A stretch of DNA of 32,000 bases, from NCBI RefSeq assembly GCF_000020025.1, contig NC_010628.1, positions 7,590,001 through 7,622,000 of the forward strand, in the 5' to 3' direction. Of this stretch, positions 1 to 9,718 are shown piece after piece (position 1 is the stretch's first letter; each line of letters starts with the position of its first letter). The notes beneath the pieces are model-generated. The model saw only the letters and a program-made list of their open reading frames with translations, made no database searches and was not told the DNA's origin. Source of the DNA: Nostoc punctiforme PCC 73102 (GTDB lineage Bacteria > Cyanobacteriota > Cyanobacteriia > Cyanobacteriales > Nostocaceae). The position numbers were made by a program, and so were the translations under genes.

Positions 1-1
1 G

Positions 2-331
2 ATGAATGGTAGTGATGGTAATCATGAAACTAGGACAAGCTTTGAAAATATGAAAGCTTTTGCCGAGCGTCACAATTTGAACTTTCCTTACCTGTGGGAC
101 TCGACGCAAGATGTAACCCAAAGTTTTGGTGCTACGAAAACACCAATGGCCTTTTTAATAGATGCCAATGGTATAGTCCGCTACAAAGGCAAAATTGACA
201 ATCATCCCCAAGATGCATCAGCAGTGGGAGAAGAATATTTAAGAACTGCGATCGCCTCTCTATTTCTTGGCCAACCAATAGATGTACCACAAACAGAACC
301 AGTAGGTACTACATTGATTTGGCGTAACTAG
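2..331 (+). CDS. thioredoxin-like / redoxin (TlpA/AhpC-TSA-type) family protein, C-terminal part; the 5' end lies outside the window
   Basis: The ORF is open from the window edge. The C-terminal sequence (...[40 protein letters not shown]...) resembles cyanobacterial thioredoxin-family proteins. The CxxC region would lie upstream and is not visible. Confidence 0.65.
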   Translation: MNGSDGNHETRTSFENMKAFAERHNLNFPYLWDSTQDVTQSFGATKTPMAFLIDANGIVRYKGKIDNHPQDASAVGEEYLRTAIASLFLGQPIDVPQTEPVGTTLIWRN

Positions 332-402
332 ACATAGATAGTCCCTGTAACTGCTATCTTAAATTGGAGGCAATTGCAACTTTTTTGATAAAGCGTAACT
401 TC

Positions 403-1131
403 ATGGGAACGAATTACCGACGGGTTTTACTCAAACTGAGCGGTGAAGCCTTAATGGGCAACATGGGCTATGGCATTGATCCAGAAGTGGTCAAAGGAAT
501 AGCTCAAGAGGTAGCAGAGGTGATAGCCACTGGCGTTCAAATGGCCATCGTTGTTGGCGGCGGCAATATTTTTCGTGGCGTGAAAGCAGCGTCGGCGGGG
601 ATGGACAGGGCAACCGCTGACTACATAGGGATGATTGCCACGGTAATGAACGCCATGACGTTGCAAGATTCGCTAGAACACATAGGGGTACAGACGCGGG
701 TGCAAACTGCGATCGCTATGCAAGAATTAGCAGAACCATATATCCGTCGTCGTGCCATCCGTCATCTTGAAAAAGGGCGGGTGGTAATTTTTGGGGCTGG
801 TTCTGGAAATCCCTTCTTTACTACAGATACTACTGCGGCACTTAGAGCAGCAGAAATTGATGCGGAAGTGATTTTTAAAGCCACCAAAGTAGACGGGGTG
901 TATGATGCTGACCCTGAGATTTATCCTAACGCCAAGCGTTACAATAGCCTTACCTACGCGCACGTTCTAGCCAAAGATCTGCGGGTGATGGATAGTACTG
1001 CGATCGCCTTGTGTAAAGAAAATAATATCCCAATTCTGGTATTTGACCTAACGGTGCGAGGTAACATCCACCGAGCAGTCTTGGGAGAATCCATCGGTAC
1101 CCTTGTGGGAGGTTCTTGTGATATTAGCTGA
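403..1131 (+). CDS. pyrH: UMP kinase
   Basis: The ORF track starts at TTG 364. The first ATG at 403 gives [17 protein letters not shown], the canonical UMP-kinase N-terminus. Amino-acid-kinase motifs are present ([28 protein letters not shown]). frr follows directly, which is the conserved pyrH-frr arrangement. Confidence 0.93.
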   Translation: MGTNYRRVLLKLSGEALMGNMGYGIDPEVVKGIAQEVAEVIATGVQMAIVVGGGNIFRGVKAASAGMDRATADYIGMIATVMNAMTLQDSLEHIGVQTRVQTAIAMQELAEPYIRRRAIRHLEKGRVVIFGAGSGNPFFTTDTTAALRAAEIDAEVIFKATKVDGVYDADPEIYPNAKRYNSLTYAHVLAKDLRVMDSTAIALCKENNIPILVFDLTVRGNIHRAVLGESIGTLVGGSCDIS

Positions 1132-1666
1132 CGCGAAAAGCAAAATGCAAAGTTCTGTTGAGTCAACTCAACGAGCTTTTAACACGATCCGCACTGGTCG
1201 CGCCAATGCGAGTCTATTAGATAAGGTATTAGTGGACTATTACGGTTCACCTACACCCTTAAAATCACTGGCAAATATTAGCACGCCAGATGCCTCGACA
1301 ATTCTAATTCAACCTTACGAACGCAACACCCTAAACATTATTGAGAAGGCGATTTCTCTTTCAGATGTTGGTTTAACCCCCAGCAACGATGGTTCTGTAA
1401 TTCGGCTGAATATTCCGCCTTTGACAAGCGATCGCCGAAAAGAATTCGTCAAAATGGCTACTAAGTACGCTGAAGAGGGTCGTGTTGCTATTCGTAACAT
1501 CCGCCGCGATGCCATAGACTCGATTCGCAAGCAGGAGAAAGCCTCTGAAATCTCCAAAGATGAATCAAAAGACCAACAAGACAACTTGCAAAAACTCACA
1601 AACGAGTATACAAGCAGAATAGACGCACTATTGGCAGAAAAAGAAAAAGACATTACGACTGTTTAA
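1118..1666 (+). CDS. frr: ribosome recycling factor
   Basis: The ORF is 1103..1666. Typical RRF sequence is present ([34 protein letters not shown]). GTG at 1118 gives a 182-aa product of typical RRF length and overlaps the pyrH stop by 14 nt. ATG at 1145 is an alternative start. Confidence 0.9.
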   Translation: MILADAKSKMQSSVESTQRAFNTIRTGRANASLLDKVLVDYYGSPTPLKSLANISTPDASTILIQPYERNTLNIIEKAISLSDVGLTPSNDGSVIRLNIPPLTSDRRKEFVKMATKYAEEGRVAIRNIRRDAIDSIRKQEKASEISKDESKDQQDNLQKLTNEYTSRIDALLAEKEKDITTV

Positions 1667-1683
1667 AGTCTAAAGTTTGAAGC

Positions 1684-1731
1684 ATAAAGGCTGAAGGATG
1701 ATGGTAAAATTCTTCAGCCTTTATCATTGTT
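1684..1731 (+). terminator. probable rho-independent terminator of pyrH-frr
   Basis: A 13-bp perfect stem pairs ataaaggctgaag (1684-1696) with cttcagcctttat (1712-1724). It sits 18 nt after the frr stop and is followed by a T-rich tail (cattgttt). Confidence 0.6.
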
Positions 1732-1778
1732 TAGGTATCTCACAAAAATTAAACAAGTAAGTAGACGTAAATAATTAA

Positions 1779-1810
1779 AGTAGGGGCAATTAATGGATTG
1801 TGCCCCTACT
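1779..1810. repeat. GTAGGGGCA...TGCCCCTAC hairpin, a member of a dispersed hairpin family
   Basis: agtaggggca (1779-1788) pairs with tgcccctact (1801-1810) as a 10-bp stem. Related copies occur at 5082-5109, 18623-18729 and 22396-22449. Confidence 0.7.
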
Positions 1811-1851
1811 CAAGAGAAAATCAACTAATTCAGGAGCCAAAATTCAGCCTT

Positions 1852-2972
1852 ATGTACGACTGCATCATCGTCGGCGCTGGGCCAGCTGGTGGGACAGCTG
1901 CATATCATTTAGCCAAACAGGGTCGCTCAGTATTAGTCTTAGAAAAAGAATCCCTACCAAGATATAAACCTTGTGGTGGTGGTGTATCTCCAGCGATCGC
2001 TCAATGGTTTGACTTTGATTTTAGCCCAGCAATTTCTGTAAAAGCTGACTCCTTTCGCTTTACCTGAAATTAGGCGACCCAGTGGAAGCAAAAATAGCCA
2101 CAGAAGAACCAGTCTGGATGGTGCGACGAGATATTTTTGACCATTTCCTAGTGCAGCAAGCGCAGAAGCAAGGGGCTGAAGTACGAGATAATACTGAAGT
2201 AACGGGTATTGAATTTAAAGCTGACCATTGGCAAGTTAACACAGCCAATGGGCCAATTACAGGTCGCTACTTAATCGCGGCTGATGGTGCTAAAGGGCTA
2301 ATGGCAAAATGGCTAGGCTTCAAAGAACGTAAACGCCGTTTAGCAGCAGCTTTGGAAGCAGAGGTTTCCACCACTGTAAAAGACAAATCCACAATTCACA
2401 TTGAGTTGGGCTTGGTGAAAAATGGCTACATTTGGAACTTCCCGAAAGCGGATGGTTATTCCATTGGTGTCGGTACGTTTGGCGGTGGCGAACCCCAGGA
2501 TTTTAAGAAGATTTTAGATGAATACGCGCGATCGTTTAATCTAGATATCACAACCAGCAAGAAGTATGGTTATCCTCTTTGCTTGTGGGATGGAAAGCAA
2601 AAGTTGCATACCCAAAATGCTGTTTTGGCTGGCGAAGCTGCTTGTGTAGTTTATCCTATGACAGCAGAAGGCATTCGTCCTTCAATTTTTAGTGGCTTGA
2701 TTGCAGCAGGAGCCATTAATGAGGCCCTTTCTGGTGACATCAATGCTTTAGAAAAATATAGTGAAGCTATTAATGAAGAATGGGGGACTGAGATGGCTTG
2801 GGCACAAAAACTAGCTGGAGCATTCTATCGCTTTCCTGGTATTGGCTACAAAGTTGGTGTTAAGCATCCCTCTGCTGCCAAAATCATGGGTCAGATTATG
2901 TGTGGAGAACTGCGCTATAGCGATGTTACCGATCGTGCCCTCAAGCGTTTAATTCCTGGCTTTGGAGGTTAG
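1852..2972 (+). pseudogene. geranylgeranyl reductase-family FAD-dependent oxidoreductase, interrupted by a 1-nt frameshift (or a sequencing error)
   Basis: ATG at 1852 gives MYDCIIVGAGPAGGTAAYHLAKQG, a GxGxxG Rossmann motif. The frame ends at TGA 2065-2067. The rest of the protein continues in the frame of ORF 2082..2972, which is open from 2049. The span 1852..2972 is 1121 nt, so it is not a multiple of 3. One extra base after 2066 would read ...SFRFTWKLGDPVEAKIATEEPVWMVRRD... as one continuous protein of about 373 aa. Confidence 0.75.
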
Positions 2973-3068
2973 CCAATAGTCGTAGGTGGGTTCCTTGATG
3001 CTCTCACCTTTTTGACGAAACGTGAATTCAACGAACCTTTTTCTGTCTTGAACTTTAGTTATAGTCTA

Positions 3069-3100
3069 TCCCTCTCCGACTTGGAGAGGGACAGGTTTTG
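3069..3100 (+). terminator. probable rho-independent terminator
   Basis: A 9-bp stem pairs tccctctcc (3069-3077) with ggagaggga (3083-3091) around a 5-nt loop. It is followed by caggttttgctt and lies about 100 nt after the oxidoreductase stop. Confidence 0.5.
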
Positions 3101-3186
3101 CTTAATAAAACCAATTTACTCACATATACATCAAAACTCTTGTTAAAATCCAAATAATTTTAAGTTAATATTTTTACCCAACTCCT

Positions 3187-5073
3187 ATGAGAGAAACTGT
3201 CCTAGAGGTTCGCAATCTCCAAGTTGAATTTCCCGGTGATGGCAACACTGTCAGAGCTTTGGATGGTATTTCCTTTGAGCTGCATCGAGGTGAAACTCTA
3301 GGAATAGTAGGAGAATCGGGGAGTGGTAAATCAGTGACAGCCCTAGCTGCAATGGGTTTGTTGCAAACTCCCGGTATAGTTACTGGCGGTGAAATTTGGT
3401 TTCGTCCGCAGGAAAATGCCAACCCCATCGATTTAGTAAAACTGCCTCCTGAGCAAATGCAGTTACACCGGGGTGGCGACATCGCCATGATTTTTCAAGA
3501 ACCGATGAGTTCGCTTAATCCGGTTTATAACATCGGGTTTCAGCTAACAGAAGCGATTATGCGGCATCAAAATGTCTCAGTAGCCCAAGCACGGCAAATT
3601 GCGATCGCAGGTCTACAAGAGGTTAAACTTCTACCTAGCGATGAGGAGATCCAGCAGCAGTATATTGAAACTTGGCATCAAACCAACGCCAATTTATCTA
3701 AACCAGATGGGCCAAAGTTGGCACAGTTGGTTAAAGAACACAAAGAAGCCATGCTAGAACGCTACCCTCATGAACTTTCTGGGGGTCAGTTGCAACGGGT
3801 AATGATTGCAATGGCAATTTCTTGCAACCCATTAATTTTAATTGCCGATGAACCAACCACAGCTTTAGATGTGACGGTGCAAGCGACTATTTTGGACTTG
3901 TTGCGAGAATTGCAGCAAAGCCGTGACATGGCAATGATTTTCATCACCCACGATTTGGGGCTAATTTCAGAAATTGCTGACCAAGTAGCAGTGATGTATA
4001 AAGGTAAAGTTGTTGAATCTGGTACTTCTGAGCAAATTTTCAGCACTCCCCAGCATCCATATACTAAAGGTTTGATAGCTTGTCGCCCTACACTTAACCG
4101 CCGTCCTCAAAAATTACTTACCGTTTCTGACTATATGAGTGCAGAAGAGACAGCAACGGGACAGGTAGTAATTCAGCCAAAAGAACCCGCACAACCCACA
4201 GAAGTGACCACCGAAGAGATTGCTGCAAGATTGGCAAACTTCAATAAAAAGGAACCCCTGCTGCAAATCCGCAACCTGAAAGTTGGTTTTCCAGTGCGTG
4301 GGGTATTTGGTGGGACAAAACGCTACAATATGGCAGTTAATGGCGTTTCCTTTGATGTCAAGCCAGGAGAAACACTAGGTTTGGTGGGAGAATCTGGTTG
4401 CGGTAAAACCACCCTTGGCAGAACTTTGCTGCGATTAATTGAACCGATGAGTGGTCAGATTATCTTTGAGAAACAAGATATTACTAGCCTCAAAGGAGAA
4501 CCGTTGCAAAAACTGCGGCGGGAAATGCAAATAGTCTTCCAAAACCCTTTTAGTTCGCTCGATCCACGGATGAAGGTTGGGAATGCGGTGATGGAACCGT
4601 TGTTAATTCACGCCGTTGGTAAGACAAAGCAACAACGACGGCAACGGGTAGCTGAACTCCTAGAACGGGTGGGGTTGAGTGCAGATGCGATGAACCGCTA
4701 TCCTCATCAGTTTTCTGGTGGTCAACGTCAACGGATTTGCATAGCCCGTTCTTTGGCATTGAATCCTAAGTTTATCATCTGTGATGAATCAGTTTCTGCG
4801 TTGGATGTTTCAGTACAGGCGCAGGTATTAAATCTTCTCAAAGAATTACAGTCAGATTTTCAGCTTACTTATATCTTTATTTCTCACGATTTAAGTGTGG
4901 TGAAATTTATGAGCGATCGCATTTTAGTCATGAATCGTGGTCAAATTGTTGAAGAAGGCACAGCCGAAAGCATTTATCTAGAACCCAAAGAGGAATACAC
5001 ACAAAAATTAATTGCTGCAATTCCTACTGGTAGTGCTGAACGGGTTCGAAGTCGTCATCTACGGGCTTTGTAG
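3187..5073 (+). CDS. ABC transporter ATP-binding protein with two fused ATPase domains (oligopeptide/dipeptide/nickel DppD-DppF-like class)
   Basis: Two complete motif sets are present. The first is Walker A GESGSGKS, signature LSGGQLQR and Walker [14 protein letters not shown]. The second is [17 protein letters not shown] and [12 protein letters not shown]. The PQHPYTKGL box typical of the Opp/Dpp ATPase class follows NBD1. Confidence 0.88.
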   Translation: MRETVLEVRNLQVEFPGDGNTVRALDGISFELHRGETLGIVGESGSGKSVTALAAMGLLQTPGIVTGGEIWFRPQENANPIDLVKLPPEQMQLHRGGDIAMIFQEPMSSLNPVYNIGFQLTEAIMRHQNVSVAQARQIAIAGLQEVKLLPSDEEIQQQYIETWHQTNANLSKPDGPKLAQLVKEHKEAMLERYPHELSGGQLQRVMIAMAISCNPLILIADEPTTALDVTVQATILDLLRELQQSRDMAMIFITHDLGLISEIADQVAVMYKGKVVESGTSEQIFSTPQHPYTKGLIACRPTLNRRPQKLLTVSDYMSAEETATGQVVIQPKEPAQPTEVTTEEIAARLANFNKKEPLLQIRNLKVGFPVRGVFGGTKRYNMAVNGVSFDVKPGETLGLVGESGCGKTTLGRTLLRLIEPMSGQIIFEKQDITSLKGEPLQKLRREMQIVFQNPFSSLDPRMKVGNAVMEPLLIHAVGKTKQQRRQRVAELLERVGLSADAMNRYPHQFSGGQRQRICIARSLALNPKFIICDESVSALDVSVQAQVLNLLKELQSDFQLTYIFISHDLSVVKFMSDRILVMNRGQIVEEGTAESIYLEPKEEYTQKLIAAIPTGSAERVRSRHLRAL

Positions 5074-5081
5074 TTAAAATT

Positions 5082-5109
5082 GTAGGGGCAATTCATGAAT
5101 TGCCCCTAC
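5082..5109. repeat. near-perfect palindrome GTAGGGGCAATTC-at-GAATTGCCCCTAC; dispersed hairpin and probable bidirectional terminator
   Basis: A 13-bp perfect stem with a 2-nt loop lies between the convergent stops of the ABC ATPase (5073) and ureG (5137). It looks like the uninterrupted form of the repeats at 22396-22449 and 18623-18729. Confidence 0.75.
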
Positions 5110-5136
5110 CTGAACATAGGGCTTCCCATTTTGTTT

Positions 5137-5733
5137 TCAACAGATATTAGTGCAAACAAATTTAATTACATCTGCAAGTCCAGACTGAGTTTTTAAATTA
5201 GTAAAAATAAAAGGTTTATCGCCGCGCATTTTTTTAGCATCTCGTTCCATCACACTTAAATCTGCACCAACATAAGGTGCTAAATCAGTTTTATTAATCA
5301 CCAACAAATCAGACTTGGTAATGCCCGGTCCACCCTTGCGAGGAATTTTATCCCCAGCTGCAACATCAATGACATAAATTGTTAAATCCACCAATTCGGG
5401 ACTAAAGGTAGCAGCTAAATTATCACCACCACTTTCCAAAAATACCAAATCTAAATCGATAAAACGTTCTTCTAACTGTTCAATTGCCGCCAAATTCATC
5501 GAAGCATCTTCGCGAATGGCAGTATGGGGACAACCACCAGTCTCTACACCCAAAATGCGATCGCTTGCCAATGCCTGAGAACGCACTAAAAACTGAGCAT
5601 CCTCCTGAGTATAAATATCATTCGTCACCACCGCAATCTGATACTGCTCACGCAACCCCTTACACAAAGCATCTACCAAAGCCGTTTTTCCCGAACCCAC
5701 TGGCCCAGCAACCCCCACTCGAAATGCATTCAT
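5137..5733 (-). CDS. ureG: urease accessory GTPase UreG
   Basis: ATG at 5733 gives [19 protein letters not shown] with the P-loop, then ESGGDNL and NKTDL GTPase motifs. The ORF track starts 14 codons upstream at 5775, inside a heptamer repeat, which I consider less likely. Confidence 0.92.
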   Translation of the reverse strand: MNAFRVGVAGPVGSGKTALVDALCKGLREQYQIAVVTNDIYTQEDAQFLVRSQALASDRILGVETGGCPHTAIREDASMNLAAIEQLEERFIDLDLVFLESGGDNLAATFSPELVDLTIYVIDVAAGDKIPRKGGPGITKSDLLVINKTDLAPYVGADLSVMERDAKKMRGDKPFIFTNLKTQSGLADVIKFVCTNIC

Positions 5734-5738
5734 TTTTA

Positions 5739-5766
5739 TTTGTCCTTTGTCATTTGTCATTTGTCC
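5739..5766. repeat. STRR2-like tandem heptamer array, TTTGTC(C/A) x4
   Basis: The units are tttgtcc, tttgtca, tttgtca, tttgtcc, read directly. The array lies between the ureF stop (5806) and the ureG ATG (5733). Confidence 0.85.
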
Positions 5767-5805
5767 TTGGTACATGGTTATCGAGACTTAGTTTTTGACC
5801 AATGA

Positions 5806-6498
5806 CTAACTCCTAAACAACCTTGTATACTGTGTTTCATGCTGCATACTCGCTAGCGACAAACCCCAACTACAACAAGCGAGTTCATCATCCTCTAAGG
5901 CTAGAATTTCTAACGCCGCAACGCTAAATAATGGTTGTAAATCTAGCAATAACTGCTGTCCTGCTGTTTGTCCAAGGGGGATAAGTTTCACGCCCGCAGT
6001 AATCAAATTACTTGCCCAACTATGCAGATATCCGAGTAATGCGGCTTGGATACTGATTTGCCAATGGGCAACGGCAATGCCAAAAGCGATCGCATAATTG
6101 CAAGGATTACCTACAGCATTGGCAATAGGTATAATCTGCGGTTCTAGTTTACCAAGTAATTGGATGAGCGATCGCCCCATCTGCCAACTAGAGGCACGTA
6201 ATTCTTCTGTTTCTCTAGCAGCCGATAACCACAGATTCCAACGGCATACCGACTCTACATCACCTATTTTTACAGCTTGCTGCGATCGTACCATCACCGC
6301 CGCCTCTAACCGAATTGCCCCATAGAGTAACTCTGCTTTTAACCAATCTTTGAGATGTGTGTGGTTAGCGATCGTACCATTTTCTACCAACATTTCTAAG
6401 CCTTCAGAATAACTATATGCTCCCACAGGTAAAGCGGGGCTAGCCAACTGTAAAATACTCAAAAGATGATTATCAGTGAGCATGATGGTGTTGTCCAT
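5806..6498 (-). CDS. ureF: urease accessory protein UreF
   Basis: UreF-like sequence is present ([20 protein letters not shown]...). The gene sits between ureE and ureG. ATG codons occur at 6498 and 6483, and both overlap the ureE 3' end. Confidence 0.85.
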   Translation of the reverse strand: MDNTIMLTDNHLLSILQLASPALPVGAYSYSEGLEMLVENGTIANHTHLKDWLKAELLYGAIRLEAAVMVRSQQAVKIGDVESVCRWNLWLSAARETEELRASSWQMGRSLIQLLGKLEPQIIPIANAVGNPCNYAIAFGIAVAHWQISIQAALLGYLHSWASNLITAGVKLIPLGQTAGQQLLLDLQPLFSVAALEILALEDDELACCSWGLSLASMQHETQYTRLFRS

Positions 6499-6919
6499 AA
6501 GCTCCTAATTCTGGCTGAAACGGTAAAATTTCTTCTTTAACTTCTAACCCCAGTTGTTCCAACATCGCACGTAAAACTGAATCTGAGGAGAAGCGTAAAT
6601 AAGTTGGGGTAATTTCTACAGGTACATGACGATTTCCTAGATGATATGCTGCCCGTAATAATAAAAGTGGTGTTTGGGCAAAAGCAGTTACTACTAGTTC
6701 TGGTTTGGCAATAATTCTAATTAAACTGTTATGGGTTTCTTCTAGCAGAATATCGCCATCGTGTAAAACAGTTCCTCTGGGTAAATGTAAAAACACAACC
6801 TTACCATCTTCCGTTTCAAAGCGATGACGACTGCGAGTGCGTTCTTCTGCTGTTAGCGCCAGAGTAAAAGTGACTGTGGCATCGCCATTAGGTGGTTTAA
6901 GTTGGGTAAATGTCAGCAT
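6473..6919 (-). CDS. ureE: urease accessory (nickel metallochaperone) protein UreE
   Basis: It has the HLGNRH motif and a His-rich C-terminus (GQHHHAH). It is the first gene of a ureE-ureF-ureG run with overlapping gene junctions. Confidence 0.85.
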   Translation of the reverse strand: MLTFTQLKPPNGDATVTFTLALTAEERTRSRHRFETEDGKVVFLHLPRGTVLHDGDILLEETHNSLIRIIAKPELVVTAFAQTPLLLLRAAYHLGNRHVPVEITPTYLRFSSDSVLRAMLEQLGLEVKEEILPFQPELGAYGQHHHAH

Positions 6920-7039
6920 ATAGAGTTTTGCCTGAACTTTTGCTTTTCATTATGGTTCTAATTTAAACCCCATAGTTGCCTTGCCCGAAGAAAAGATAAA
7001 ATTAAACAGACAAAGGCAACGAGTCAAACAGGGACAATC

Positions 7040-7389
7040 ATGAACCAAGCCGTTGAGGGAGTACGCTGAACAATTCACGATTTAGAGCTTCTACCCGAAA
7101 ATGAGTGGACACGCTATGAAATTATTAATGGAGAGCTCTTTGTGACTCGCACTCCTCACCGCCGTCATCAACAAGTTTGTGTCAAAGCAAAGAAGCAAAA
7201 CTGAAACTTTATTCAGTTCAAGGCGTGCGTGAGTATTGGATTCTCGATCGCTTTACTAAACAAGTTGAAGTTTATCGGCGGGAAAAAGTACAGTTTGTTT
7301 TAGTTGCTACTTTGTTAGGCGATGATGAAATCACATCGCCACTTTTACCGAAATTTTGTTGTTCTATCAGTTTATTTTTTCCTGAATAA
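7040..7389 (+). pseudogene. Uma2-family (DUF820) endonuclease remnant with an in-frame stop, an internal deletion and a frame change
   Basis: The frame from ATG 7040 reads MNQAVEGVR-TGA(7067)-TIHDLELLPENEWTRYEIINGELFVTRTPHRRHQQVC, a typical Uma2 N-terminus, and stops at 7202. A different frame (ORF 7177..7389) reads ...AKLKLYSVQGVREYWILDRFTKQVEVYRRE..., a typical Uma2 C-terminus. The central part of the family, very roughly 90 aa judged from memory, is missing. Confidence 0.6.
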
Positions 7390-7417
7390 TAGCAAATTCG
7401 ATAATATTTATGGAAAC

Positions 7418-7921
7418 CTAACCGCTAGATACAGATGCCAATATTGATTCCAAAATTGATGATATTGAACCTGAAAGTTTACAGAAAAAGTTGATAGCTG
7501 CAACGACAAATGCAAAAAATACAATAATCATAGCAGCGATTCTTGCTGCATATAAAAGAGGAAACTGAAAGGTCAGAAGCAATAATCCTACTGATAAAAG
7601 CAGATTGGATAAGTGAAATAACACAAGTGCAGATTTAAAAACTTTCTGTTTGACCTTCTCATCTTTATAACTAATCGAGTTAGCGAAAATACCGGATGAG
7701 TAGATGTAAAGTCCTGCTGATAAAAGAACCAAAGCAACAATCCAGTCTTTGCCACTATTACTTGCAATTGTACCAGGAGTTAATGCTAGTACTACAAGCG
7801 TTATGCTGAAGCCACCCAAGACACCTGAAACCGACGAGAATGCGCCAGCAGTTGGAGATGTGTCGTTTTCACGAGCAAGAAGTTGCAATATTGCTTCATT
7901 TAGTGAGGATGATGGTTCCAT
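7418..7921 (-). CDS. hypothetical integral membrane protein (about 4 TM segments), family not recognised
   Basis: The ORF starts at ATG 7921. Four long hydrophobic stretches follow an N-terminal region of about 30 aa. The region is AT-rich and contains no HIP1 site. Confidence 0.55.
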   Translation of the reverse strand: MEPSSSLNEAILQLLARENDTSPTAGAFSSVSGVLGGFSITLVVLALTPGTIASNSGKDWIVALVLLSAGLYIYSSGIFANSISYKDEKVKQKVFKSALVLFHLSNLLLSVGLLLLTFQFPLLYAARIAAMIIVFFAFVVAAINFFCKLSGSISSILESILASVSSG

Positions 7922-8014
7922 TTTGAAGTTTCTATCTATTTTCTTGATTGAGGAAGTTAAAATAATTATTTAAACTCATACCATACACAAAATAGTTATA
8001 TTAGTAATAAAATT

Positions 8015-8392
8015 TTAAAAATGAGGATACCACAGCAAGAATAAAGCCAATATTGCAGGTATTGATTGGATTAAAAATGCTGTTGGGCGTTTCAAAGTAA
8101 TGCTACCAAAAATACCTGCGATCGCTACACAAATTAAAAAGAAAATCCAAATCCAAGAAGGCTCAACTTGTGGAAACTGTGAGATAAATAATCCCCAGAT
8201 TAAGCCAGCAGCAATAAATCCATTATATAAGCCTTGGTTTTGAGCAAGTATTGCAGAGATTTGCTCCGGAGTGAAATCTCCGACTATTCTTTTTTGAACA
8301 AAGTCTGTATTCCAGAAAAACATCTGTACGATTAGAAAAAGTACATGAATCAAGGCAATAAATCCAATGAGAACTTTGAGAATCATTTCCAT
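8015..8392 (-). CDS. DUF1304-family small membrane protein
   Basis: The protein is 125 aa with 4 hydrophobic helices. The NQGLYNGFIAAGLIWGL motif matches DUF1304 as I recall that family. Confidence 0.65.
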   Translation of the reverse strand: MEMILKVLIGFIALIHVLFLIVQMFFWNTDFVQKRIVGDFTPEQISAILAQNQGLYNGFIAAGLIWGLFISQFPQVEPSWIWIFFLICVAIAGIFGSITLKRPTAFLIQSIPAILALFLLWYPHF

Positions 8393-8533
8393 ATCAATCT
8401 GATTCCTATAGCTAAATTTTTAATGAAAACGAGTGCTGTAGTAGTTTATCAAGAAAGAATGAGGGCGATTATCTTTTTTTTGATAAATTTGGTAAAGTGC
8501 GATCGCCTCACTGCACCCTCATCCTTAGTCAAG

Positions 8534-9718
8534 TTATGAATTAATTGGTGTTGCAATGATAGCAAAGCCTAAACGTGGTGACTTTATTTCAGGAAGACAA
8601 TCACCGTTAACTACACATTTTTGAATCACGTTAGGGGTGTTTACCACTTTTACGGAAACTTTATAACCGCCAAGATTTAATGCGCTATTTCCTGTCATCA
8701 TCGATATTATCTGATCAACACCTAAATTGATTGCAGTTTGAGAAGCAAAAGCACTCATAAAGGTAAGTTCTATTGTTAATCTTTCTGCAATTTGGCGAGT
8801 AAGCTCTGCGCCGTATGCTCCCCCAGAAATAACAGCCGCAATTCCATTAGCTCCTTGGTTTTCTACGGATGCCCAATTAACAAAGGATTCTGAAGAAAAG
8901 TATACTATTGAACCTGCATGACTAGCAATTATTTCGTTTTTAACGTCATTGTAAGTATCACGATTAGCATCCTTAAATAGAGGTGGTGTAAGATTTATAC
9001 TAGTTATTAAACTACCCAAGGTAGGCATTTCTCCATTGAGGATTTTGGTAATTGCACTTGCATCTAGCTTGATATTACCTGTCCAACCTTGACCACAGTT
9101 AAAGACAGGTTTTTGTTCAAGAGTTGATAAATTGAAAGTGTAATTATACTTACAGGTAGCTGAAGCAGTAGTAGATACAACCTTTTCTGGTGTGATTGTT
9201 CTTATTTCCATTACTGTATAAGGTACTTTCTCTTTTCGGTAATTAGTAAAATTCTCTGGCACTTTTACACAAACACCCAATTTACATTTTTTGTGCCATC
9301 TGACATCAGGATAAGGAATATCTACCCAGCGCCATTTATCAACAGGAACTTTTGTTTTTACCGCCGGAATTGTTTCTTTCCAAGTGTGTTTAGCCTGAAC
9401 CTTTGCAATCAGAGCAACTGTATTGCCTGTTACATTGTATTCAAGCTTTTCAATATTACTTTCACCTTGATTACCTATCTTTACTACATTTATGGCAGAT
9501 GAAATACTATTTGCTTTTGATTGCCATTGACTAGCGATTGAATCCAATTTAGGAATACAATTCACCATTTTTTTGTCAAGAGGCTGAAGTAAGTTGATCG
9601 TTTCAGGTTTGGCGTTCATTGGGTCTTTTGCACAAGCTTCAAGATTATATGCTTTTGCTGGCTGGGATAATCCTAATATGGTAAAAATGGTTAATGCAGA
9701 AATTAGTTGAGATTTCAT
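8534..9718 (-). CDS. hypothetical secreted protein, Cys-containing, family not recognised
   Basis: ATG at 9718 is preceded by GAGGA. It gives MKSQLISALTIFTILGLSQPAKA-YN, a signal peptide with an AKA cleavage motif. The ORF-track GTG start at 9754 is less likely. The region is AT-rich and has no HIP1. Confidence 0.7.
   Translation of the reverse strand: MKSQLISALTIFTILGLSQPAKAYNLEACAKDPMNAKPETINLLQPLDKKMVNCIPKLDSIASQWQSKANSISSAINVVKIGNQGESNIEKLEYNVTGNTVALIAKVQAKHTWKETIPAVKTKVPVDKWRWVDIPYPDVRWHKKCKLGVCVKVPENFTNYRKEKVPYTVMEIRTITPEKVVSTTASATCKYNYTFNLSTLEQKPVFNCGQGWTGNIKLDASAITKILNGEMPTLGSLITSINLTPPLFKDANRDTYNDVKNEIIASHAGSIVYFSSESFVNWASVENQGANGIAAVISGGAYGAELTRQIAERLTIELTFMSAFASQTAINLGVDQIISMMTGNSALNLGGYKVSVKVVNTPNVIQKCVVNGDCLPEIKSPRLGFAIIATPINS

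Noticed and set aside
1798-2972. Treating ORFs 1798..2067 and 2082..2972 as two independent genes.
   Set aside because: The first ORF carries only the FAD-binding N-terminus, and the second lacks any Rossmann motif and starts at GTG. The second frame is already open from 2049, and the two join seamlessly with one added base, so a frameshifted single gene explains the data better.
3174-3488. A 104-aa minus-strand ORF, along with similar antisense or alternate-frame ORFs. Examples are 451..666, 727..963, 954..1166, 1315..1653, 3786..4046, 4550..4759, 5484..5798, 6098..6325, 10513..10800, 11002..11361, 16727..16957, 19729..20136, 22939..23205, 26156..26786, 27685..28526, 30645..30923 and 31284..31808.
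   Set aside because: All lie fully inside well-supported genes on the opposite strand or in another frame. Their composition is Arg/Ser/Cys/Pro-rich, as is typical of shadow ORFs, and none carries a family signature.
7749-7973. The plus-strand ORFs 7749..7973, 8345..8539, 9293..9502, 20721..20915, 23788..23976 and 27433..27639.
   Set aside because: They are short ORFs that overlap stronger opposite-strand genes or run through AT-rich spacers. They lack start context and recognisable motifs.
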